From positions 38,886 to 102,885 of the forward strand of contig JAUCBJ010006444.1 of the NCBI GenBank assembly GCA_032718475.1: a stretch of 64,000 bases of DNA, given 5' to 3'. Both the position numbers and the translations under genes were made by a program. Positions 34,201-44,200 of the stretch are shown piece after piece; position 1 is the first letter of the stretch, and each line of letters opens with the position of its first letter. Source of the DNA: Nemertoderma westbladi. Lineage: Eukaryota; Animalia; Xenacoelomorpha. Under the pieces are notes generated by a model. It was not told where the DNA came from and did not search any database. It saw nothing but the letters and a program-made list of their open reading frames with translations.

Positions 34201-37117
34201 GTAAGCTTTAATAGCCCACCGGCCTCTTCACGCTGATACTCAATACGTTGACGTTGCCATTCTCGTCGTAATCGTTGATAGAGTCGACCGATTATCCTAA
34301 TTAGAACTGTCAGTGCGTTAGCGTACTCAAGTTGTCCAATGGACCGTAAAGTCCCTATAGCGTTCTTAATTTCGTCTGTGAGTCGTAGAAGATCGATCGG
34401 TTTCGAAATGCTTCCTCCTCTACAGAGGTCTTCGATAATAGATTTAGCCATGGCTACGCTGCCGCCGTAAATCGAAAACAAGCGGTCGTACGCCAACTCA
34501 AAGGCATTCGGAACTCCAATAAAGGTCTCCGCTAATCGTTTTGGCTCACCAGACAGTACCTGGAGCAAGTAGTTAAACTTCTCCGTCAAGGTGAAGGCAC
34601 ACTTAGCGATCTGGGACTCTACGTAGTCTACCAGCGTACGCCAGTGCTTTGTGTTGCCAAAGAACTTCGGTGGTTGTTATGCCGGTAATCCATGTCTGGC
34701 CGCAAACTTCGCAATCTCACTAACTAAATCCAACTGTCCACGTCCCTGTTCGGTTACATCGTCCAGTCATTCCCTTCCGTGCATCGTCCATCAGTAAGAA
34801 ATATTAACGGGATCTTCTTCTCGATGGTTCGGAGTCTGTCTAGTCTCCTGTTCTCTCCTTGGTGGTCGATATTGTCTAGGTTGTTCCAACTCCACGCTGG
34901 TTCGTGATCGATCCGACGGTTGCGCTTCGAGTCGCTCTTCGAGTTGAGCTAGTCGGTCTGCCATCTCAGTGAACTGTTTGGCGCTAATCGCTTCCGCTGG
35001 TTGCAACGTGGGTTTCTGCAGGGATGTTTCTCGTGGAGGATTGTCGATGTATGGGTTCGTCGATCTCTCCTCACGTTTGTAATCAGCTGCCGCTCCAGTG
35101 CGGAATATTTCTCGTTCCGTCGACTCCGTATCGCTGGATGAATCGCTGTCGTCGGGATACGGTGGTTGGCGGGTTCGTGTTCGGCGTATTACTCTTGGTC
35201 GAGTTCGTTGTAGTCTGGGATCTACGGCTCTCCGTTGTTCGGTAGGCTCGCAAGCCTTCCACGAAGTCGTAGGTCTCGATAAATATTGCGTCAAAGGTTG
35301 AATAAACATGTCAGGTTTCGTAGTCGGTCTGTAAATGACTGGGTTCGCACAGCACGTTACAGGTTTAACTGCTAACGGCTTACTTACCTTCTTAACTGTC
35401 ATAAATACAGGTTCCTCTCTTCCTACAAGTAGACTACGACTTACTGTAGGTGGACTATTTACTTTACCTGCTAAAATTGGCGACGATGTCGCTCTAGGTT
35501 GCGGTATTTCTGTCACAACAAACCTGTTACCTTGCGTTGCGTTGCGCGCACAGGTGATATTTCCTTCGGTTTCGTAATTTAAACCGGTTTTATCGGAGTT
35601 GTAGGTTTGAGCATAGGAATCACTTGGGGAAAACGTTTACAGTAATCCTCGACGAACTCCTCTCCTCTATTTATTGCTCCCACACTTCCTTCCTCGATTC
35701 GCCTTTGAATCCCGCGATATCGAGTCTCCATGCGGTCCAGGGCAGACAAGTCATATCTAGCTCGAGACCTTATAGATCTGTCTCTAGCGTCGAGTTCAAG
35801 GTCTTCTTACGTGTTCGCTGCCTCGCGCGATCTGCGATTTAGTTTGAACTGGAGCTGCATCTCTCTTTCGCGTCGATCGGCTATCTGTTGTTGTGCTGCT
35901 CGTTCCGCTTCCTGTATGGCTAGACAAGCATTTATTTGTCGCGCTTCCAACTTGGCACGCGCGTTAGATGCTGCTTTCTTCCGTGCTAACTCAGCTGCAT
36001 TTACTGCTGCCTGTTGTGCTAACTTGTCAGCTGCCGCCTGTTGTGTTAACTCGTCAGCTGCCACCTGTCGTGTTAACTCATCTGCTGCTGCCGCCGCAGC
36101 CGCTTCTTGCGCTAAGTCCTCCTCCAGTCTCCGCATCTCCGACGCTTCGAACTCAGCTTGAGCCTGGAGTTTCGCGAATTTTGCTATGTCTTCTCGTCGC
36201 TGTCTTTCTCCTTCCGCCGCAATCTGCGCCAATTGTCGTTGCGTTTCTTCCTCGGCGACTTGTTGCCGGCGTGCGACTTCCTGTTGTTGTCGAGTAATTA
36301 CAGACGCTGTCCTACTAACATCGCCAACGTCGCTCCGCACACTAACGAACGATCTATCCAGTGGTGGAATTTGGTAGGCTCGCGAGCCTTCCGTAGTAAG
36401 AACTTCCGTCGTCCCTCGCGGTTCGACTTCCGGTTCTTCAATCGGTACGCCGTTTCTACGAAGAAAATTGGTGAGCATTTCTAACCTCCCGTCCAGCCAG
36501 TATAGTTCTTCTTCCTCTTCGGGTTGCAACAACGCATCCGAAACTGACTCACCTAGCAGTTGGTCGAACTGCTCCTGTTGAGCCAATCTTATTACTGACT
36601 TAAACTGGATGAGGCTTTCCCTCGCACTTACCAACTTATCTATTATCTTTACTTGAGTAAAGTTGTCGCCATGCAACTCTGCAAGTTCGTGTAAACCTTT
36701 AAGTTTATCTACGGAAGCATGTACCCTACTTTCTATCCTTACCTGTAAGGTGTAGAACTCGTATCTCGACATCGGGGCGGTTAACTCGCGTAAAACGTGA
36801 AAACCTTCTCCGAAATTTCGAGTTATCTGGGCCATGTGTCCTCCTATACTTCTAATAACATTTTCTTGGCTTCCTGCCAAACTTACCATGCCTGGTTCCC
36901 GCGATCCGGTCTGCAGGACGGTAAGGAAATCTTCGATTCTGCCGTCGCCACGCATTGCGGCTTCCGGTATTTCCATTCGGGGTACCGACGACGCACGCGG
37001 TGTGACATCGGTGGAATCTCGGGTTCTCCTTCTCGGTTCGTCTACTGTCGATCTGTCCGGGTCGCACGATTCATAGTCGGTAGGTGGGTATCGAGTTGAA
37101 TGTGGTGTATCACTCAT
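28219..37117 (-). pseudogene. BEL/Pao gag-pol polyprotein, fragmented
   Basis: Gag EKFNYLLQVLSGEP, knuckles CSHCERNGRNHSGH and CWRCTKPGHVRKDC..CPLCGRNH; PR ILDSASS; RT YYLPHH, KVRVVND, DIEAMFHQV, FYVDD; RH HSFSDAS, VPRGELQA, YWTDAT, NPADIASRG; IN GIDCFGP, DQGTTFVGA, PWRGGVWERL; C-terminal RPVQRLVLLE. Confidence 0.95.
30150..30545 (-). repeat. Degenerate 12-bp (PDxS) coding repeat inserted between RNase H and integrase
   Basis: Translation VTPDIMPDVSPDSRTDVSPDVSPDCSPDVSPDYSPE...PDISPDYSPDASPDCL; recurring TCTGG at ~12-bp spacing. Confidence 0.85.
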
Positions 37118-37146
37118 GTCTTATTATATACGTCAAGTACGGGTAA

Positions 37147-37313
37147 TAAAATGTCAAAGTATCAAAATGTCGAAATGTCAAACTTACCTTAGTATATATA
37201 TATATCATATATATACCCTGACCGGTACAAATAAAATGTCAGAATGTCAAAATGTCAAACTTACCTTGGTATATATATATATCATATATATACCCTAACC
37301 GGTACAAATAAAA
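37147..37313 (-). promoter_or_regulatory. Duplicated ~77-bp leader unit, each with a consensus splice donor AG|GTAAGT, just upstream of gag
   Basis: ACTTACCT on + strand at 37182 and 37259 within two near-identical units. Confidence 0.55.
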
Positions 37314-38020
37314 TCAAAATATATAATAAAATATGTAATAATCTAGCCTACCGGCTAAATTTGTACGAATAAGTGAGATAACGGTATACGCTACCAAAAT
37401 GTAGATCAACAAGTACAAATAATAGGCAAAACAGCAACGTCTAACTGGGAAATAAGTACCAACAACACTACTAATTAGACAGTGGAACCCACAAATTTTG
37501 AGTACTACTGTGCTCTTAAGTTTGAACGACACGAGTCGTAAAACTTACGCTCCTTTGATCTTCCAGTCGTGCAAATTCCCAAATACAAACCGGACGTGGG
37601 TCGTTCCATTTTTCGGCGTCGCGGACGAATTTTGTGTCTCCCAAACTTTGCGAAAAGCGGTCTAATCCCTCGAAGTGGTCCAGAAATGAGTCCTGAAAGG
37701 TCGAAGGTGAGAGTTTTACTTCTACTCTACGAAAAATCTTCCTAGGTACCGATACAACTTGGTCTTTAAACCCTATGTACCTTTTCAAGTACCGAAAAGT
37801 AACACCGCACACACACAGCGTAAAATGAATTGCTATAAACTAACTATTAGCTAGTCAAATATTAAATACGAAAACTACTAGCTACCCTAAAGGCATACTG
37901 AAGCAACGTACAAAATGTTGCCTTACAGAAAGGACAAATACTACCCTATATATACTCTTCGGCGGGGTCTACCTTACGATTTACTAATCTATGAATATTA
38001 AATAATAAAATATTCCCTAC

Positions 38021-40067
38021 TGAAAAGTCCAGTAGTATACCGCTTACCGGATCCTAGTAACGATGTATCTTACCGTAAGATCTAGTAGTGTATACGGGCT
38101 CATACAGTATCTGGCAACAAATCCCAGTCCAGGGTGTCTAAATAAACAGATACAAATACGCGAACAACTACTGGCGAGGAACAGAGCCTGGTGTCTATTC
38201 TAAGTACGTGAGCGAGTCAAATGCCCCATGAACTAGACAAAAGGATGCCTGTCCTCTAACCGGTGAGGCAGATGTACAGTCTACAGTGACAGACCAAACT
38301 CACGAGGAAACAATCCCCGCGCAGCGAATCCTAACTATCACTAACGGACCTAAATACCGTAACTTGCCGCGGTGTGATTTATATGGTTTATATACGAGCT
38401 AGTGGATTAACAGACTTGCGTAACAATACTGACCTGTACTAAATCAGTCTAAAGGGGGTCGTGCCTAAAGTAACGATACTGCTGCTCAGACAAACAACAG
38501 TCTAATAAGTAAATACTCTGTCTTGCCGTAACTAAATATCAGATCCTAAATTTACAAACTGCGAATAGTAAATTACAAAATAGATTCTGCCTGAAAGTAA
38601 CCTAAAGTAAGCTACAACTAGTAGAGCTCTAAGGGTACATATGTTTTAGGGCGTGTGTGTGTGGGTGTATTACAAATAAAACAATTTTGGTGTACTCCAT
38701 TGTACTAGGTTTTAGTGATTTTCTGACCGAAACGATACCGTGCGCTAGCTACAAAAATAAGCTAGTCGCACTCTGTAGAACTTTATACTTACAAATGACA
38801 TCAAAGCTCTCTCCTTCCTATCCACAACTCAACAAGGCAATTACGGTGTTAGTAACTACACCCGTGATCGGCACAAATACCAGATTCTGGTTGTAAGATA
38901 AGAAATAGGGGTTAATTGCTACCGTACGTTAGCTGATCTGGTATACAATTTGATTCCAGAATTTTGTTGCCGTGGTGGTTAGCAGCAATACCTATCAGTA
39001 CGTGGCAAGGCGTGGTAGGATATTAATAAACCTCCCTAGGCCAAGCGAGTGCCGGTAGCAGAAATACTCCTTGCCTGATCAAATAACTTGGGTTCAGGCA
39101 GGGGGGGGGTACTAAATGTATAAACTACGAAATGAAACCGGTACCGAACTGTCAGTATCGCAAGTCACTAAATTATGGAATGTATGCTGTCTGTACCTAA
39201 TGTGTACTTGCGTACTGACGAACAGCAATAGTTCACACCTGTAGGGAATACAGGTTAATCCGGGGACTTGTAGTACTGGTTCCTGTCTGAATCTAGCTAT
39301 TTGATCCTAAATTTTGCGGCGTCCCAGGACGGCGTCACGCTTACCCTGATCTATAGGTCTTACGGCGGGCAAGGGCGTCAAACAAAGTCTTACCTTCCTC
39401 TGAATCGGGCGCTGCATAACAAAGGTGGAGTATTTCGAAGGGGCGAAGGAGGTGCGCAGGCTAATCTAATGTGGGCGCTAGCGTGTTGTGGACATCTTCC
39501 CTGCGTTGCTGACGGCCTAACGGTCTAGGCTGCCATCTTCCAAATGCTTGGCTGTCCCAGTGGTGGGCAAAGATAAATATACATGTTCAAAGTTTGAAGT
39601 ATATTTACGTAATTTACAAAAGATTTATTTACCAAATTTACATAATTCTCAGAAGGGTGATAACTAAAATGTTATCCTAATGATACCTAATGATATTAGT
39701 GAGAGAGATGTTAGAAATAACAAGTGTAAGATTAGTGATAACCGAAGGCAAACCAGCCCTTATATAGCAAATCTGGGTTATTGAATCCGCTAGAACCTTC
39801 CAGAGCATTCCATGGCCTCACATTGGAGCAATAAGATGTTCTATGCCCTATGATTGGCCCAAATCATCGTTCCATATGTTGTACGCACCTCATTGGCTTA
39901 TCTAATTGATGGCTTAACTAATTGAATCAAGGCGAAAATAATAGCCCAAAAATGCAAATTCCCGATGGCATATTACATTACTGTAATTTAATCAAAATGC
40001 GTCGGATTTAGAAAGTTTTTACGTTAAGCTACAAATGCTACCTTATATATAGTGAAATAATCCATCA
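38021..40067 (-). repeat. BEL 5' LTR, 2047 bp
   Basis: TG...CA bounded and adjacent to TSD TGGAT. Candidate TATATAA (~39766-39760) and AATAAA (~39629-39624) on the - strand. Confidence 0.92.
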
Positions 40068-40317
40068 TGGATGATGAATACCACTTTGTACTTAAATGTC
40101 CGCTCTATCATGATCTACGCATTACATTTGTGGCAGTAAGATATCATAGAAATCCTTCATCTGTCAACTTTCTTGAACTCCTCAGTCTGACGTCGGATTG
40201 CAAAATTAAGCAGTTTGGTGTGTTTTTATACCACGCCTTTAAATTACGACTGGAGGCTAAAACCTAGTTAGTTACTATGGCTTCTTGGCTGAATTAAAAT
40301 AAATAATAATAATAATT
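40068..40317 (+). pseudogene. LINE (CR1/L2-group-like) 3' end relic, 3' piece
   Basis: DDEYHFVLKCPLYHDLR...KLRLEAKT* completes a CxxC...H....C zinc motif; (AAT)n tail near 40300-40316. Confidence 0.75.
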
Positions 40318-40572
40318 AGTACGTATTACGTGTGTTGAATGTTTGTGGTTTGAGTGAGTATGTGTTGGAAGTTCTTCGATTTAGATTGTTAATATGTATA
40401 TATAATATATATTATGTTCTTACTTTACGTACTGGGTTGACCTATGTATTTCTTTTCTAAATGTATATGTACTCCGGCATGGCCTACTTTAATAGTTAAG
40501 TATTTAAGTAGGCCATGACTCCGGTATTGTAGCGTGCAGTTGAGTTGGTACTACTTTGCTCTCAACAATAGC

Positions 40573-41284
40573 CTTAAGGGGGGGGGGGGTAGCGCATTTT
40601 CTGACCAAAAAGACGAATTTTTGAAACATATCCTATCTGATGCAGAATTTCATGCTGAATCCAAATATGGAAACCGTTTTCCCATATCTTGCTTAGTTTT
40701 CGAGATATCTGGCATAGAAGATACTGGCTCCGATATATCGCGATATCGGTAAGGCGATGAAGTTTGGGGTTTGCATTCAATTTCTGCAAATTTCTGTGCC
40801 CATTGGTGCCAATTGGTTGTCTCCACAAGAAAGAGCACAAAATTTTAATTGAGAAAGTATTTTTTTATGATTATTGGACCTACTGATCAGTTTATAAGAC
40901 AACTTCAAGTCTCCGGAATGAAGACGGGACTCGAATAAGCGACTCTGCGGTCTTTGCGGGATTACACGGAATAGACTTATCGGTCATCGGAGATCTTCAA
41001 AATGTATAATCTCCAGTTCTAGTGGTCGTACGAAGTTCAGGCTTATTATTAAGTTTAGGCTCATTCGAAAGCTCTTTTCTTAGAGAACAAAGTTACCATT
41101 TGATTTAAGACAAAATGGTTCTAAAGCAACATAACATGAATCTTGGTAAAATATGCCTTGCAAATTTTGTTCAAGTTATGATTGCTCAGGCAGCTTTCAA
41201 GAGTTTGCCAAACCAAATGGTAACTTTGGTCTCTGAGAAAAGAGCTTTCGAATGAGCCCTAAACGAACTCCGTACGACCACTAG
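40573..41284. mobile_element. Probable non-autonomous DNA transposon relic with internal long inverted repeat
   Basis: Begins TTAAGGGG (Kolobok-like, inference). 41020-41102 is the reverse complement of ~41214-41284 apart from a ~14-bp insert and a few mismatches. The right end is lost under the satellite. Confidence 0.4.
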
Positions 41285-44200
41285 GTTCTTTGTCAGTACC
41301 CCCTTCCATATCAGTACATGAGTAGTACCCGTGGAGGTTCGTTGTCAGTGCCCCCTTCCATATCAGTACATGAGTAGTACCAGTGGAGGTTCGTTGTCAG
41401 TGCCCCCTTTCCTATCAGTACATGAGTAGTACCAGTGGAGGTTCGTTGTCAGTGCCCCCTCCCCTATCAGTACATGAGTACCAGTGGAGGTTCGTTGTCA
41501 GTGCCCCCTCCCCTATCCGTACATGCGTACCAGTGGAGGTTCATTTGTCAGTGCCCCCTTTCCTATCAGTACATGAGTACCAGTGGAGGTTCTTTGTCAG
41601 TGCCCCCTCCCCTATCAGTACATGAGTAGTACCAGTGGAGGTTCGTTGTCAGTGCCCCCTCCCCTATCAGTACATGGAGTAGTACCAGTGGAGGTTCGTT
41701 GTCAGTGCCCCCTCCCCTATCAGTACATGAGTAGTACCAGTGGAGGTTCGTTGTCAGTGCCCCCTCCCCTATCAGTACATGAGTAGTACCAGTGGAGGTT
41801 CGTTGTCAGTGCCCCCTCCCCTATCAGTACATGAGTACCAGTGGAGGTTCTTTGTCAGTACCCCCTTCCCTATCAGTACATGAGTAGTACCAGTGGAGGT
41901 TCGTTGTCAGTGCCCCCTCCCCTATCAGTACATGAGTACCAGTGGAGGTTCGTTGTCAGTGCCCCCTCCCCTATCCGTACATGAGTACCAGTGGAGGTTC
42001 ATTTGTCAGTGCCCCCTTTCCTATCAGTACATGAGTACCAGTGGAGGTTCTTTGCCAGTGCCCCCTCCCCTATCAGTACATGATTAGTACCAGTGGAGGT
42101 TCGTTGTCAGTGCCCCCTCCCCTATCAGTACATGAGTAGTACCAGTGGGGGTTCGTTGTCAGTGCCCCCTCCCCTATCAGTACATGAGTAGTACCAGTGG
42201 AGGTTCGTTGTCAGTGCCCCCTCCCCTATCAGTACATGAGTAGTACCAGTGGAGGTTCGTTGTCAGTGCCCCCTCCCCTATCAGTACATGAGTACCAGTG
42301 GAGGTTCTTTGTCAGTACCCCCTTCCCTATCAGTACATGAGTAGTACCAGTGGAGGTTCGTTGTCAGTGCCCCCTCCCCTATCAGTACATGAGTAGTACC
42401 AGTGGAGGTTCGTTGTCAGTGCCCCCTCCCCTATCAGTACATGAGTAGTACCAGTGGTGGTTCGTTGTCAGTGCCCCCTCCCCTATCAGTACATGAGTAG
42501 TACCAGTGGAGGTTCGTTGTCAGTGCCCCCTCCCCTATCAGTACATGAGTACCAGTGGAGGTTCTTTGTCAGTACCCCCTTCCCTATCAGTACATGAGTA
42601 GTACCAGTGGAGGTTCGTTGTCAGTGCCCCCTCCCCTATCAGTACATGAGTAGTACCAGTGGAGGTTCGTTGTCAGTGCCCCCTCCCCTATCAGTACATG
42701 AGTAGTACCAGTGGAGCTTCGTTGTCAGTGCCCCCTCCCCTATCAGTACATGAGTAGTACCAGTGGAGGTTCGTTGTCAGTGCCCCCTCCCCTATCAGTA
42801 CATGAGTACCAGTGGCGGTTCTTTGTCAGTACCCCCTTCCCTATCAGTACATGAGTAGTACCAGTGGAGGTTCGTTGTCAGTGCCCCCTCCCCTATCAGT
42901 ACATGAGTAGTACCAGTGGAGGTTCGTTGTCAGTGCCCCCTCCCCTATCAGTACATGAGTAGTACCAGTGGAGGTTCGTTGTCAGTGCCCCCTCCCCTAT
43001 CATAACATGAGTAGTACCAGTGGAGGTTCGTTGTCAGTGCCCCCTCCCCTATCAGTACATGAGTAGTACCAGTGGAGGTTCGTTGTCAGTTCCCCCTCCC
43101 CTATCAGTACATGAGTACCAGTGGAGGTTCGTTGGCAGTGCCCCCTTCCATATCAGTACATGAGTACCAGTGGAGGTTCGTTGTCAGTGCCCCCTCCCCT
43201 ATCAGTACATGAGTAGTACCAGTGGAGGTTCGTTGTCAGTGCCCCCTTCCATATCACTACATGAGTAGTACCAGTGGAGGTTCGTTGTCAGTGCCCCCTT
43301 TCCTATCAGTACATGAGTACCAGTGGAGGTTCGTTGTCAGTGCCCCCTCCCCTATCAGTACATCAGTAGTACCAGTGGAGGTTCGTTGTCAGTGCCCCCT
43401 CCCCTATCAGTACATGAGTAGTACCAGTGGAGGTTCGTTGTCAGTGCCCCCTCCCCTATCAGTACATGAGTAGTACCCGTGGAGGTTCGTTGTCAGTGCC
43501 CCCTCCCCTATCAGTACATGAGTAGTTCCAGTGGAGGTTCGTTGTCAGTGCCCCCTCCCCTATCAGTACATGAGTAGTACCAGTGGAGGTTCGTTGTCAG
43601 TGCCCTCTCCCCTATCCGTACATGAGTACCAGTGGAGGTTCGTTGTCAGTGCCCCCTCCCCTATCAGTACATGAGTAGTACCCGTCCAGGTTCGTTCTCA
43701 GTGCCCCCTCCCCTATAAGTACATGAGTAGTACCCGTGGAGGTTCGTTGTCAGTGCCCCCTCCCCTATCAGTACATTAGTAGTACCATTGGAGGTTCGTT
43801 GTCAGTGCCCCCTCCCCTATCCGTACATGAGTACCAGTGGAGGTTCGTTGTCAGTGCCCCCTCCCCTATCAGTACATGAGTAGTACCCGTCCAGGTTCGT
43901 TCTCAGTGCCCCCTCCCCTATAAGTACATGAGTAGTACCCGTGGAGGTTCGTTGTCAGTGCCCCCTCCCCTATCAGTACATGAGTAGTACCCGTTAAGGT
44001 TCGTTGTCAGTGCCCTCTCCCCTATCAGTACATGAGTAGTACCAGTGGAGGTTCGTTGTCAGTGCCCCCTCCCCTATCAGTACATGAGTAGTACCAGTGG
44101 AGGTTCGTTGTCAGTGCTCCCTCCCCTATCAGTACATGAGTAGTACCAGTGGAGGTTCGTTGTCAGTGCCCCCTCCCCTATCAGTACATGAGTAGTACCA

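Larger units (their letters stand above)
21881..40067 (-). mobile_element. BEL/Pao LTR retrotransposon, 18,187 bp, with extra ORF; inactive copy
   Basis: TG at 21881 and CA at 40066-40067 with TSD TGGAT (21876-21880 and 40068-40072). Long direct repeats start TGAAAAGTCCAGTAG at 21881 and 38021. Internal gag-PR-RT-RH-IN carries BEL-type motifs. Confidence 0.95.
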
